DNA from: an uncultured Caulobacterales bacterium
Lineage (GTDB): Bacteria > Pseudomonadota > Alphaproteobacteria > Caulobacterales > Maricaulaceae
NCBI GenBank assembly: GCA_937923965.1
Contig: CALDTL010000021.1
Location: 3,431-67,430, forward strand
Length of the DNA: 64,000 nt
Direction: 5' to 3'
Shown here: in pieces, positions 1 to 10,831 of the stretch
How the letters are laid out: each line of letters begins with the position of its first letter
How positions within the stretch are numbered: the stretch's first letter is position 1
Program-made: the position numbers and the translations under genes
Notes under the pieces: model-generated
What the model was told of the DNA's origin: nothing
What the model saw: only the letters and a program-made list of their open reading frames with translations
Database searches by the model: none

Positions 1-387
1 ACAGATGATTGGGGCATGCCGTTACTGCATATTGATGCTTATGGGCGGGACAACGAGAAAAAAATGCTTGTTCAGGCCGCAAAAGATGCTGAGGATATTT
101 TAATCGCGGGCGGCTGTATAAACGTGAAAAGCTCGCATGTGAATCCCGAAAATCACATTGAGTTAGGCTCGCGCACCCATGAAATGGGCGGTGCCTGTAT
201 GGGATCAGACCCCAAAAACTCTGTGCTGAACAAATGGTGTCAGGCCCATGACGTGCCTAATCTTTTTGTCACCGACGGGGCCTCTATGTCGTCTTGTTCA
301 ACACAGAATCCATCACTGACTTACATGGCCTTGACAGCCCGAGCTACTGATCACGCTGCAAAATTGCTAAAAGAAGGGGTTTTATGA
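1..387 (+). CDS. GMC family oxidoreductase, C-terminal part (5' truncated by window edge)
   Basis: Frame is open from base 1 (TDDWGMP...). C-terminal GMC motifs HEMGGACMG, CQAHDVPNLFVTDGA and QNPSLTYMALTARA. Confidence 0.85.
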   Translation, partial: TDDWGMPLLHIDAYGRDNEKKMLVQAAKDAEDILIAGGCINVKSSHVNPENHIELGSRTHEMGGACMGSDPKNSVLNKWCQAHDVPNLFVTDGASMSSCSTQNPSLTYMALTARATDHAAKLLKEGVL

Positions 388-1712
388 TGCGTTCGCTATT
401 ACTTGTATTGGCCTTAGCGCTTGGCATTACGGCATGCTCAAATGGCAATGATGACACTCGTCGTTGGACCGAGCTATTTGACGGTGAAACACTTGATGGA
501 TGGTTTGTGCATCATGGGGATTTACCTTTTGAACTGCGAAATGGCGAAATTGTTGGGGCAACAGCGGAAGGTATCCCTACGCGCTATTTAACCAGCGTGG
601 ATCAATATGATGATTTCATTCTCAAACTAGAGATGAACAATGCGGATGGTGAAAATTCGGGTGTCCAATTCCGTTCTGTTACGGATGGGCTTACCTATAC
701 CGGTCTTACCGGTTATCAGTTGGAAGTTGACCCGTCAGAGCGCGGCTGGACGGGCGGAATATTCTTTGAGGGTGTCAGGACGTGGCAGCATCCGCCTATT
801 CATAATCCACAATGTAAAGCGGCTTGGCGCAAGGGCGAGTGGAACGATTTGCGCATTGAAGCTAAAGGTGAATTGCTTCGAACTTTTGTAAACGACGTTG
901 CCTGTGCTTACCTGTTTGATCAATATCTCGGTAAGGGTCACATTGGACTGCAAATCCATAGTATTGGCTCGCTCCCGGGCAAGGCCGGGGCGGAAACACG
1001 TTGGCGCAATATTCGTATATTAGCGAACCCAAATTCAGATGATTACACGCCTGCGGACATGACCGCCGACTCAAATAGCCATCTAATCGGCAGGCTCAGC
1101 CCGTTGGAAAAAATCAATGGGTGGACTTTGGTTCGCTCTCAGGCCGAGCCAGCGTCTGCGTGGACCAAGCAGCGTATTGAAAATCCAATTGACGGCACGG
1201 GCTGGACGGCGGATGTGGCCAAGATAAGTGCGGATGACGGGCCATCCAGCTTGCATATTCCCGTATCCGGAAAATCCTATCATTTAATTGCTGATGTCCA
1301 GATAACGCCTGGCACGTCAGGGGAAATATTGTATCCGCTATTTAGTGGTGGGCCAGACAATATGGTGGTTGAATGCATGGCCTCCTACCGGATATTTGAT
1401 GATCGTTCGCTTGAGAAACGTTCAAGATATGATCCCAATTTAATGGGGTCCCTGACGGGCCTGATTCCAGCCAAAAATTTATCCGAGCCAAATCGTGGAA
1501 AGCGAGTTTTAACGGATAACGCGTGGCGTAGAATTGAGTTAAAAATTCAACCCGAAAAGGTAGAGCATTGGCTAAACGCCGTTAAGTCGCTCGAGTATCA
1601 AGGCTGCCATTCCAGTATGAACACAAGTCAACAAGTCGAGCCAAAAATAAAAATATCTCTCGACACAGGGCAAGTGATACTACGAACTATAAAAATGAAG
1701 TCAGGAGTATGA
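384..1712 (+). CDS. DUF1080 (3-keto-disaccharide hydrolase-like) lipoprotein, two domains
   Basis: Lipobox LGITAC; DUF1080 motifs LFDGETLDGW, NSGVQFRS, GYQLEV, GEWNDLRI, GHIGLQIH. A second, degenerate copy follows (NAWRRIELKIQPEKVEHWLN). Overlaps the upstream stop codon. Confidence 0.8.
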   Translation: MMRSLLLVLALALGITACSNGNDDTRRWTELFDGETLDGWFVHHGDLPFELRNGEIVGATAEGIPTRYLTSVDQYDDFILKLEMNNADGENSGVQFRSVTDGLTYTGLTGYQLEVDPSERGWTGGIFFEGVRTWQHPPIHNPQCKAAWRKGEWNDLRIEAKGELLRTFVNDVACAYLFDQYLGKGHIGLQIHSIGSLPGKAGAETRWRNIRILANPNSDDYTPADMTADSNSHLIGRLSPLEKINGWTLVRSQAEPASAWTKQRIENPIDGTGWTADVAKISADDGPSSLHIPVSGKSYHLIADVQITPGTSGEILYPLFSGGPDNMVVECMASYRIFDDRSLEKRSRYDPNLMGSLTGLIPAKNLSEPNRGKRVLTDNAWRRIELKIQPEKVEHWLNAVKSLEYQGCHSSMNTSQQVEPKIKISLDTGQVILRTIKMKSGV

Positions 1713-1765
1713 GAAAATGGCTGAGCACCATGAAACCCGTTGCAAAATAAGGTAGGTAAATCTGA

Positions 1766-3529
1766 ATGAATTTACAAAATGGGCAAAAATTCTGCCAAAC
1801 AACGCGCAACCTTTTTTGGGGGCTTGCCTTAGTCATCTGTCTTATGATTGCGGCATGTATGGCCACAGAGAAAAACCCTGAAGTTATTAAAGAAGACGAT
1901 AGGCCGAATATCCTTTGGCTTGTTTTAGAAGATACAAGCCCAACTCTGGCGCCATATGGTGACACAACAATTGATACACCTAACATAAGTCGTCTAGCAG
2001 AGGAGGGCATAACCTATACCAATGTTTACTCCCCTTCCGGGGTTTGCTCCCCCAGCAGAGCCAGCCTCGCATTAGGTATGTATCCATCAGCGATTGGTGC
2101 CAATCACATGCGCACCACGTCCCATACCGACGTTACCGGGCTGCCCGCTTATGAAGCTGTCCCGCCGCCACAAGCCAAAATGTTGAGCCAGTATTTGCGG
2201 AGCGATGGTTATTACACAACGAATAACTATAAAACTGACTATCAATTTAAGGCTCCAAAAAATGCGTGGGACGAGAGTGGGGTGTTTGCGCATTGGCGTA
2301 ATCGCCCGCAGGGCAAGCCATTCTTTTCGGTGGTCAACTTTACGACCACGCATGAGTCCGGCTTGTTCGAGCCTTACGGTTTTCGCAAAATAGAGAGCCG
2401 CCACTATTTTTCAGATGATGCAGAGCGTATAGCGAAACTACCCACACATCCCATGGATAAAACAGCCGAATATAGTACGGCTATTCATGTTCCAAAGGAC
2501 GCAGATTTTCCAATTCCGCCATATCTGCCCGACACCCCTGTCGTTCGCAGGGATATGTGGAAAATGTATAATAATCTTGCGGAGGCAGACCGGCAGATTG
2601 GGGCCGTCCTTGCGCAATTGAGAGAAGACGGACTTCTCGAAAAAACTGTCATCTTTTTATATTCAGATCACGGCGGACCATTGCCTCGCCAAAAGCGCCT
2701 CATTTATGATAGTGGTTTGAAAGTCCCTCTCATTATTCGTTTTCCGAACGCTGAAAATACAGGTGATATGGACGACCAAAATGTGAGCTTTGTCGACTTC
2801 GCACCTGCGACGCTAAGCTTGGCAGGAATTGAGACACCAGACCACATGCATGGAAATGACTTTATTCTTAATGATAAAAATGCCCGTAGGTATATTCACG
2901 CCGCAGCCGATAGGTTCGATGGTTTTACGGATACGATACGGTCGGTGAAGGATAAGCAATATAAATACATTCGCAATTATCGCCCGAAACAGGGATATTA
3001 TTTGCCTGTAACTTACAGAGAGAAAATTCCGGCCATGCAAGAATTATTGCGTTTGCGAGACCAAAGCAATTTGACCCCCGAGCAAGCAAAATGGTTTAGA
3101 GAGTTAAAAGCCGTTGATGAACTCTACGACACCATAGCTGATCCTCATGAATTAAATAATCTTGCTGAAGATCCTGAGTATGCAGAGGTTTTGAGCAGGC
3201 TTAAAAAAGAGATGGATAGGTGGCTAAACTCCATTGGAGATGACCCCAAGCTGTCTGAGCGCACTATGATTGCGAAGCTTTGGGGCGGAGAAAAATCTAG
3301 GCCTGAAACGGCTATTCCCGAAGTTACAATTAAAGATGGGATGGCCGCACTCTCTAGCCCAACGCTCGGGGCTTCGATTAGCTATAAAATCATTCGGAAT
3401 AATTATGAACCTACCGCTTGGGGGCTTTATTCTGAACCGTTCAAAGTGACAGCTGGCGAGACTCTTCAGATTCAAGCCCATAGAATTGGTTACCATGAAA
3501 GCAGAATCAAACTGCATCCAATTCCTTGA
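1766..3529 (+). CDS. Cys-type (S1 family) sulfatase, probable lipoprotein
   Basis: RPNILWLVLED, signature CSPSRASL (CxPxR), YSDHG, DPHELNNLA; lipobox-like MIAAC; short C-terminal beta-sandwich-like extension. Confidence 0.9.
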   Translation: MNLQNGQKFCQTTRNLFWGLALVICLMIAACMATEKNPEVIKEDDRPNILWLVLEDTSPTLAPYGDTTIDTPNISRLAEEGITYTNVYSPSGVCSPSRASLALGMYPSAIGANHMRTTSHTDVTGLPAYEAVPPPQAKMLSQYLRSDGYYTTNNYKTDYQFKAPKNAWDESGVFAHWRNRPQGKPFFSVVNFTTTHESGLFEPYGFRKIESRHYFSDDAERIAKLPTHPMDKTAEYSTAIHVPKDADFPIPPYLPDTPVVRRDMWKMYNNLAEADRQIGAVLAQLREDGLLEKTVIFLYSDHGGPLPRQKRLIYDSGLKVPLIIRFPNAENTGDMDDQNVSFVDFAPATLSLAGIETPDHMHGNDFILNDKNARRYIHAAADRFDGFTDTIRSVKDKQYKYIRNYRPKQGYYLPVTYREKIPAMQELLRLRDQSNLTPEQAKWFRELKAVDELYDTIADPHELNNLAEDPEYAEVLSRLKKEMDRWLNSIGDDPKLSERTMIAKLWGGEKSRPETAIPEVTIKDGMAALSSPTLGASISYKIIRNNYEPTAWGLYSEPFKVTAGETLQIQAHRIGYHESRIKLHPIP

Positions 3530-3567
3530 TGTCTGAGGCAGAGACATTCGGCGTTATTGGCGCCGAA
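3529..3567. terminator. Paired hairpins between convergent genes, possible bidirectional terminator
   Basis: ATGTCT/AGACAT (3529-3547) and TTCGGCG/CGCCGAA (3547-3567); no clear U-tract. Confidence 0.3.
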
Positions 3568-3596
3568 CTCTGAGTCAGTGGCTAGCTGTTTTGAGA

Positions 3597-5033
3597 TCAC
3601 TGTTCGATATTACTGTCGAGATCCGTAAATATATTGTTTGCGCTGATTGTTATGTTGGACGAAGGGATGGATCTCGTAATACCATCATGACGTCCAATTG
3701 TAATGCCAACAGTTGTCGATGCGTCAGCGCGCCCGCCATCTACACCGATAATCTGATTATCTGACACCGTGCCATTCGTGGCGCCTTCAATGACAATGCC
3801 TTCGTAACGGGTGTACCGAACCGGATTATTTTGCATTGATACGCGGGAGCCATGGTTTCGAATGATATTATCGGAGATTGTCACGTTATTGGCAGATTCA
3901 ACCTGAATGCCGCGTTGGGTCCCATTTAAAACATTATTCGTAATCACGACAGGGTCGACAATCCGTTCGCTGGTTTGGTCGTTTGTGCTGCGCAGAGGAC
4001 CGGCAAGTGACTCCACCGCCAAAGCGCGGACAACATTGACAAAAACATTGCCATCCATAGTGATGCGTTGCGCGCCGCGCTTCGTGGCGATCCCGTCAAA
4101 CCCGCCATAGAAGAAATTATTCTTCATATTATAGTTTCCGCCCAAAGATGCGTCATAAGGGGCCGCTGACATATAAATGCTGGCATCACGAATGCCAAAG
4201 AATTTGGAATTTTCTATCAAAGCAGAGCCAGCACCCATAACAAATACGCCGCTATCGCCGCCCGCATTTCGCCATGTGTCGCTCTCACTGTCTATCGCAG
4301 GCGCCGTCTCCGGATTGGCCAGATAAGCGGTGCGGTTTCCTGGCGTGATCGGCGCGGCTACAATTGTGAGGTCTTTGATTGTGACGTTGTCGACCTTGGC
4401 TCGAGGGTTTGTGCCGCCCGTTGCCCCGCGAAAGGATAGTCCATCAGTCGTGCTGGCCGTTGGTGTGCCGACCGATGTGCCGCCGACAGAGCCGCCTTGA
4501 GGCACAGTGCCTGACAAATGCGTCTTTGAAATATCCAACTCCCCACCAGTCCAATCAATATTGACGAGTGTCTCGCCGCCGCAATAGTCACTAAAGCTCC
4601 CCGATGTTGCGTCAAAATCGATAATATCTGAATTGACATTGGGGCCCGCAAGGAAAACCGCTCCAGTTGCGACGATCGCGAAGTCTTTGTTTTGGATTGT
4701 GACGGATACGCCAGCCGGATCGTCGATATTATAGGTCCCCTCCGGGATTGTCAGCGTGTCACCCTTGGATGCAGCTTCTTGGAGTGATGTTGTAATGGCG
4801 GCCGTATCATCTAGGCCGTCGTTAGGAATGGCCTGCCAACCGGCGGTTCCGTCGCATAGACCGCCAGTTGCCGCAAATGTGACAGAAGATGGCGGTGGTG
4901 GTGGAGGCGGTGATGATGGTGCATTTACAAGCGCGCTTGAGCCGCTTCCACTATCGCCGCCGCAGGCCGCTAAAGCGAAAAACAGCCCTAAAGTGCCGAT
5001 AATATTAACGTAAGGCTGGTCTGAGAGCGTCAT
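3597..5033 (-). CDS. Right-handed parallel beta-helix lipoprotein (pectin-lyase fold), possible polysaccharide-active enzyme
   Basis: Lipobox LAACGG, Ser/Pro linker, IPNDGLDDTAAI start motif of beta-helix enzymes, repeated strands such as ITMDGNVF, VTISDNII, TVSDNQI. Confidence 0.7.
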   Translation of the reverse strand: MTLSDQPYVNIIGTLGLFFALAACGGDSGSGSSALVNAPSSPPPPPPPSSVTFAATGGLCDGTAGWQAIPNDGLDDTAAITTSLQEAASKGDTLTIPEGTYNIDDPAGVSVTIQNKDFAIVATGAVFLAGPNVNSDIIDFDATSGSFSDYCGGETLVNIDWTGGELDISKTHLSGTVPQGGSVGGTSVGTPTASTTDGLSFRGATGGTNPRAKVDNVTIKDLTIVAAPITPGNRTAYLANPETAPAIDSESDTWRNAGGDSGVFVMGAGSALIENSKFFGIRDASIYMSAAPYDASLGGNYNMKNNFFYGGFDGIATKRGAQRITMDGNVFVNVVRALAVESLAGPLRSTNDQTSERIVDPVVITNNVLNGTQRGIQVESANNVTISDNIIRNHGSRVSMQNNPVRYTRYEGIVIEGATNGTVSDNQIIGVDGGRADASTTVGITIGRHDGITRSIPSSNITISANNIFTDLDSNIEQ

Positions 5034-5373
5034 TAAGCTTTCCCTTTGGTGTGGTAGATAGGGGCAACCCTTATAAGCTCTACCTTCCAGACCTTATTGA
5101 GACCGACGCGTTTAATTGCAGTCATTTTCACACAACTACAATCAAAAATAATCAAATTACTGCGTAAAAGTCCGAGGACCCTCGGCCCCGGATCACTTCA
5201 AAACCAGCACGATTAGGTTCGAGCGGGTGACCATTGCGAGACGCATGAGCTATGGTTTAGCGATATTGCTTAGAAACTGGACTGCGCAAAGCTTCAGTGT
5301 GATCGCGGGTGCTGGGGATGAATGTGAGACTTTCCGATGAGCCTATTAAAGGGTTTCTTCATTCGAGATTTTT

Positions 5374-5388
5374 GCACTACTGTAGTGT
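5374..5388. promoter_or_regulatory. Candidate palindromic operator, site 1 (GCACTAC-T-GTAGTGT)
   Basis: Near-perfect 7-1-7 inverted repeat in the divergent intergenic region; matches sites at 24041, 25056 and 46356. Confidence 0.5.
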
Positions 5389-5546
5389 TTTTTTAATTTT
5401 ATATATTATTAATTGTTTCTGCATATCTAAAATCAAGATACGAAATCATCGAACTGATGAAGTCGTTTGGTGGGATCGCGGTTTCAGTGTCAATTAGACC
5501 TGCACTCAAACAATTTTAATGAGCCCAACATTCGCGATGAATAGAT

Positions 5547-5777
5547 ATGCCCATTCCGTGGAGCCCGAATATGGTTGGCTATAGAAAAATGCCAGATATT
5601 CTCACAACGCCACGGCGAGATGCGATTGGATTTGCGGCGACTCTGGCAATCCCATCGCCTTCGCATTCCGCTAACTATACCTATTCCAAGAAAAGCGCTG
5701 TCCGCACTGCGGCAGGAATGACGGTTGGGAACACCAATCATGATACAACTTCTTGTTATCCCGCGAGAAAACTATGA
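5547..5777 (+). CDS. Possible small ORF (76 aa) coupled to the downstream gene
   Basis: Stop TGA overlaps the downstream ATG (ATGA at 5774-5777); twin-arginine-like segment [14 protein letters not shown]. No recognisable family. Confidence 0.2.
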   Translation: MPIPWSPNMVGYRKMPDILTTPRRDAIGFAATLAIPSPSHSANYTYSKKSAVRTAAGMTVGNTNHDTTSCYPARKL

Positions 5778-8700
5778 CTCTTAGCCGAGTCGTCGTGAAG
5801 TGCCGCGCAGTTCCCCGCATGGTTGCGGCGGCATCGGTCCTATTCTTATTCAGTGCGGAATTAGCGCTCGCGGCGACACTGACCGTAACCAATACGAATG
5901 ACACCGGGACAGGCTCGCTCCGACAGGCAATTCTGGATGCCAATGCGACGGTGGACGTCGACACGATTCAGTTTGGTATCAGCGGGGCCGGTCCGCATAC
6001 GATCAATCTAAGTTCTGTGCTTCCTGTTATCACGGATGACGGATTGACTATCGACGCGACCACCGAGGACGGCGCGAGCTGCGGCACCACGACCAACGCC
6101 AATGACGGCGTCAGCGACCGTGCGTTGAAAGTTTTTATAAATGGAACAAACTCGGGCAACCCAACGCTAGACACAATTACAGTGACCGCTAGAAATGTGA
6201 CCATCATGGGGATTGCGGTCGGGGATGGGCGCGATGATGTGATGCGTTTAAATGGCGCGGACGGCTTTACGCTACTTTGTTCGCATGTCGGTGTGCGGGC
6301 AGATGGGATTACGGCAGATCCTGGAAATGACGTCGGTATTCTGATAGAAAACTCAGACAGTATCGTTATCGGTGACGGTACGCTAGCTGGACTAAACGTA
6401 ATTTCCGCAAATATAGGCTCGGGGTTAGAGTTCACTGCAGGCACCTCTGCCAATCCTGTTATAAAGGGCAACTTCATCGGTCTCGCTATCGACGGTATTT
6501 CGGACCGAGGAAACGGGATGGATGGGGTGCGGCTTGACTCAGTGACCGGCGCAATCATCGGTGATGCCTTAGGGGGCGGGAACGTGATTTCGGGTAACAC
6601 GGGTGACGGTCTCAATGTCTCCAACGGCGCTACGGCAATGGTGCTCGGCAACTTCATCGGTTCGAACGCCAATGGCACCAGCGCGGTTCCCAATGGAGGT
6701 AACGCGGTGGAGGTCAATACCAACAATACTTCTGCAGATATTGGCGACGGGACGACGAACGGGCGTAACTATCTAACCTCAAACACCTTGTCAGCAGGTG
6801 TCCAACTGTCGAATTTCGCAAGCGCGATGATCGACGGCAACTGGTTTGGGGTCGGTTCGGACAGCAGCGCGATTGGGAATGGTGCGGGTATCCGCGTCTC
6901 TGGCAGCAGCACCGCCAAGATTACTAGAAACACGATCGCCAATTCCGATTTCAGTGGGGTTAGATTAGATGGCACTGCTGGTAACACGGCGATATACGCC
7001 AATTCTATACATACAAATGGCGGGCAGGGAGTGGATCTTGGCTTTGACGGTGTGACCACAAATGACAGCGGAGATGGCGACAGTGGGCCGAACGATCTAT
7101 TGAATTTTCCAGTCATTGATGCGATCATCGCTGATGGAACTAGTAGCGTCGAATACGCGGTCACCCTCGACGTGCCCGATAACAGTCCCGATAATTATCG
7201 CATCGAATTTTTTAAAAATACGGCTTTGGAAACCTACGGCGAAGGCGAGATATATCTTGGTAGCGTGGATGTATCCCATAATGGCGGAAGCCAGAGCTAC
7301 GCCGGAGTTTTTTTGGCCAATACCGCTGTATCTATTGGTGATTATATTTCCGCCACAACGACACGCGAGGCAAGTGACTCTTCCTATGATATCACATCTG
7401 AATTTTCCCAAACGGTAGAGGCGATCCGCACGCCTTTGATCGTTACGACTACAAGTGATAGCGGCGCGGGCACTCTGCGTGCCGCGATCGAATATGCGAA
7501 TGCTAACACAGATAAGGACGATATAACTTTCGCCGTCCCGGGCCCCGGTCCGCATGCGATTACGCTTTCATCTGCGCTTCCAGCCATATCAGACGAAGGT
7601 GTCAGCATTGACGGCACAACTCAGGACGGCACGACATGCGGGGATTTGTGGGCGGGTGTCCCGCGCACGCTTAAAGTGGAAGTCGACGCAAATGATGGTA
7701 TCTTCAACGCGTTTTCAATTTCAGGCGCCGACGTCGCGATAAGAGGAATTGCCATTCAGGGGGTAAATTGGGTGAGCGGGAATGGGGTGAATGCCGTTAA
7801 ATTCCTGTCAACGTCAGCAAATGGTCTATTACAATGTTCCTATCTTGGGCTTCACGCCGACGGGTCGGACGCAGGGGCCGCATCCGCAGGTTTTTCAGGT
7901 GTCTTTGTTCAGGGTGACTCTATTCAAATCGGCGGGAGCGCCGAAGGAGATGGCAATGTCATCGCAAATTCCCAGAGCGCCGGCATTCGCACAGAGGACG
8001 GCGCCTTTGATCTGATTGTCGAAGGTAATTTTATCGGAACCGATTCGACGGGCTCGGCGGCGCGGCCAAATGCCGGGGGCGTCCTCGCGGCTAGCGGGTC
8101 GGCGACCTACAGACATATTCGCAACAACCTAATCTCTGGCAATAGCTCGCACGCGATTTCTGCTGGTTCAGCAGGAACTCTGACCGGATCTTCAGGTGAT
8201 TTTGTCATCGCTGGAAATTACATTGGTGTGAACCGGCTTGGAAATACATTGATGACCAATATTGGCGATGGGATCCATTTCGCCTCTGGCTCGGTCTCAG
8301 GGGTGACCATTGGCGGGACGAACGCCGCCGACCGAAACATAATTTCAGGGAATACCAACTCTGGTGTTTCGCTGAATGGCGTCAGCGCCGTAGAAATCCT
8401 TGGTAACTATATCGGGATGGGTGCGGATGGAAGCACAGGCTTCGGGAATAGCGAGCACGGTATTTTTGCGTCTGGCGTAACCGGCTTGAACATCGGCAAC
8501 GGTACTGGCAACGGTCGCAATGTGATTGGATCCAATGTTCGAAGCGGCATTTATCAGACCAATGTAAATGATGGCGTCGTCATCGATGGTAATTACATTG
8601 GTATTGCGGCCGATGGTTTAACGGCCCGCGGAAATGGAGATGGGTATCGGGGCAGCGGAATTACATTCAATAGCGCAATTTCTGACGGGGATATTATCCG

Positions 8701-10243
8701 CGGAAATGTTATCTCTGCAAATGGTGATTCCGGGATAGATGAACGCGCCAGCACAATCAGTAATCTTACAATTCTAGGGAATTACATCGGCACGGATGCT
8801 GCAGGTCAGCTGGATCGAGGTAATGATTACTTCGGTATTGTTTGGTATGGCGGTGATGTGGTGAATACGATTATTGGTGCGTCGGGCGCGGGTAATATTA
8901 TCGCAAGTTCTAAATTCGGTAGCGGTCTGGAGTTCTACTCTGGATCTCACATTATTCGCGGAAATTCTATCGGTATTGGCGTCGATGGCACCACGGCGTT
9001 ACCGAATGCAACCTGGGGCGTACGTCTTTATCCAGGGCCGGTCTCACATATCGTGGGCGGGATGGGCGCTGGGGAAGAAAATATCATCTCAGGCGCAGCA
9101 GCCGGATACTCCAATATACTTATTCAGAATGGCGCAGAGGCCTTAGTGAGCGGAAACACGCTGCGTGGTAGTTTGGGCGATGGAATGGAGCTCTCGGGTA
9201 TCGGAACAGTCGTTACTTTTCACAATAATGACGTCTATGTTAATGCTGGTGCAGGACTTGATATCAGCAACCAAGCGCAGCTTATTGCCTTCGATAATAA
9301 CATCACCGCGAACGCAGGCAATGGTGTTCAGCTAACCCCCGATGCAGGAAAAGCCGCCATTTATGGGAATGTCATTTCCGGAAATGGAGAACTAAGCATT
9401 GACCTGAACGAAGACGGGATCACGGCAAATGATATCGGCGATGCTGATTTGGGTGCGAACGAATTACTAAATTTTCCGGTCATCAATGCCTTCACTGTGA
9501 ACGGAACGGAAAATGTTTCTTATGACATAGATCTCGACGTTCCGGCCCATACAAACGGATACCGGATAGATTTGTTTAAAAATGCAGCCGGGGATCCGTC
9601 TGGTCACGGAGAAGGCGACGTCTTCTTGGGGTTCGTTGAAACAGGAAATCATGCAGGTGGAAGTCTCAATTTTTCAGGGAGTTTTTCTGCGATTGAAACC
9701 GTCGAAATCAACGATGTAATCTCTGCGACGACGAGTCGTAAAACAGGGGAGCTGACTTACGATATTACATCTGAGTTTTCTGCGGCTGAGGCGGCCACAT
9801 CATCAGATCCCGCAAGTCTATCTGTCACAAAAACGGTCTCCAATCTTGTTTCCGGTGAATTTTCTATTCCAGGAAATGACATGATTTACACGTTCACAGT
9901 TGTGAACCAGGGCGCTGGTTCCGTGACAGCCGACACAATTGTTTTGATTGATGAGATGCCAGCGGAGATGAGTTTCTTCAATGGAGACTATGACGGACCG
10001 GGCCCGTCAACTGCGAAGATTGGGTTTGAAGAATCAGATACTTCACTAAGCTTCGATCCCGAGGTTGATGCCCTTTATTCTGACGGTAGCGCTAAACCCG
10101 CAGACTTGTCCGAATGTAATTACACACCAAGCGCTGGCTATGACTCGAACGTAAAATTCGTTTGCTTTAATCCGAAGGGCGAAATGTTGGGGGGTGACCC
10201 TGATCCAAATTTTAAAATTAGTTTTCGGGCAAAAATTAAATAG
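5774..10243 (+). CDS. Large secreted beta-helix repeat surface protein with two duplicated modules and a DUF11-like C-terminal domain
   Basis: Sec signal (...SAELALA); [16 protein letters not shown] and [16 protein letters not shown] module starts; many GNFIG/GNYIG coils; C-terminal LSVTKTV...[13 protein letters not shown] 5774 preferred over TTG 5753. Confidence 0.75.
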   Translation: MTLSRVVVKCRAVPRMVAAASVLFLFSAELALAATLTVTNTNDTGTGSLRQAILDANATVDVDTIQFGISGAGPHTINLSSVLPVITDDGLTIDATTEDGASCGTTTNANDGVSDRALKVFINGTNSGNPTLDTITVTARNVTIMGIAVGDGRDDVMRLNGADGFTLLCSHVGVRADGITADPGNDVGILIENSDSIVIGDGTLAGLNVISANIGSGLEFTAGTSANPVIKGNFIGLAIDGISDRGNGMDGVRLDSVTGAIIGDALGGGNVISGNTGDGLNVSNGATAMVLGNFIGSNANGTSAVPNGGNAVEVNTNNTSADIGDGTTNGRNYLTSNTLSAGVQLSNFASAMIDGNWFGVGSDSSAIGNGAGIRVSGSSTAKITRNTIANSDFSGVRLDGTAGNTAIYANSIHTNGGQGVDLGFDGVTTNDSGDGDSGPNDLLNFPVIDAIIADGTSSVEYAVTLDVPDNSPDNYRIEFFKNTALETYGEGEIYLGSVDVSHNGGSQSYAGVFLANTAVSIGDYISATTTREASDSSYDITSEFSQTVEAIRTPLIVTTTSDSGAGTLRAAIEYANANTDKDDITFAVPGPGPHAITLSSALPAISDEGVSIDGTTQDGTTCGDLWAGVPRTLKVEVDANDGIFNAFSISGADVAIRGIAIQGVNWVSGNGVNAVKFLSTSANGLLQCSYLGLHADGSDAGAASAGFSGVFVQGDSIQIGGSAEGDGNVIANSQSAGIRTEDGAFDLIVEGNFIGTDSTGSAARPNAGGVLAASGSATYRHIRNNLISGNSSHAISAGSAGTLTGSSGDFVIAGNYIGVNRLGNTLMTNIGDGIHFASGSVSGVTIGGTNAADRNIISGNTNSGVSLNGVSAVEILGNYIGMGADGSTGFGNSEHGIFASGVTGLNIGNGTGNGRNVIGSNVRSGIYQTNVNDGVVIDGNYIGIAADGLTARGNGDGYRGSGITFNSAISDGDIIRGNVISANGDSGIDERASTISNLTILGNYIGTDAAGQLDRGNDYFGIVWYGGDVVNTIIGASGAGNIIASSKFGSGLEFYSGSHIIRGNSIGIGVDGTTALPNATWGVRLYPGPVSHIVGGMGAGEENIISGAAAGYSNILIQNGAEALVSGNTLRGSLGDGMELSGIGTVVTFHNNDVYVNAGAGLDISNQAQLIAFDNNITANAGNGVQLTPDAGKAAIYGNVISGNGELSIDLNEDGITANDIGDADLGANELLNFPVINAFTVNGTENVSYDIDLDVPAHTNGYRIDLFKNAAGDPSGHGEGDVFLGFVETGNHAGGSLNFSGSFSAIETVEINDVISATTSRKTGELTYDITSEFSAAEAATSSDPASLSVTKTVSNLVSGEFSIPGNDMIYTFTVVNQGAGSVTADTIVLIDEMPAEMSFFNGDYDGPGPSTAKIGFEESDTSLSFDPEVDALYSDGSAKPADLSECNYTPSAGYDSNVKFVCFNPKGEMLGGDPDPNFKISFRAKIK
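5873..9785 (+). repeat. Intragenic tandem duplication: module A ~5873-7410, module B ~7432-9785
   Basis: Both modules start with the T.T.D.G.G.LR.AI..ANA motif and end with N.LLNFPVI...YRI..FKN...GEG...LG...SATT.R...YDITSEFS. Confidence 0.85.
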
Positions 10244-10272
10244 GACCTCAGACATCGAGGCCAGGCCTCTCG

Positions 10273-10644
10273 TTAGGCCGCGAAAGCCTGACAGAGCTTG
10301 ATCATTAGATTGCGATTGTCGCCGTTATCTATGTTTTTAAAAGCCAGCATGAGTTTTATATCTTGAGATGTTGCAACATTATTTGGGATAAGCTCACCTA
10401 ATGCATGGTTTTTATTTGAAGAGCTCAGGAGGCCTTCAAAGAGGAAATCCGGCGTGATTGAAAAAATATTGCACAATTGCCAAAGACGACTGACCGAAAT
10501 GCGGTTTAAGCCGGTCTCATATTTCTGGACTTGCTGATAGGTGATGTCCATGCGTTCGGCTAGATCTTTTTGTGACATTTTTTGAGCCATGCGAAGCATT
10601 TTTATTTGCTTACCTATGTGGCGCTCGATTTCGTCAAGTTCCAT
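10273..10644 (-). CDS. XRE-family HTH transcriptional regulator (left copy)
   Basis: IGKQIKMLR...SQKDLA...ITYQQVQKYETGLNRISVSRL, the alphaproteobacterial QKYE.G.NR.S subtype. Confidence 0.9.
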   Translation of the reverse strand: MELDEIERHIGKQIKMLRMAQKMSQKDLAERMDITYQQVQKYETGLNRISVSRLWQLCNIFSITPDFLFEGLLSSSNKNHALGELIPNNVATSQDIKLMLAFKNIDNGDNRNLMIKLCQAFAA

Positions 10645-10831
10645 AGATCCCCCTCAAATCAACACGCGATGATTCGGTTGCAATTGGCGTCGCGATAATT
10701 AGCTATAGATTCAACTTTCATCGCTGCAAAGAAGAAATAATACATCCTGCCTATGGGTATGTCATGAGGGTTCGATTTAAGGACTCCCAACGCCGTTCTA
10801 AGGCTGCGGGCGTTGCTGGAATTTCAATCTC

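Noticed and set aside
5172-5314. Small inverted repeats CCGAGG/CCTCGG and CCAGCAC/GTGCTGG as MITE ends
   Set aside because: Too short, no target-site duplication seen and no second copy in the window.
5968-7617. Long antisense ORFs (252, 131 and 152 aa) opposite the beta-helix gene
   Set aside because: Shadow frames expected from Gly/Asn/Ile-rich codon bias; no motifs. The same applies to most short overlapping ORFs in the track.
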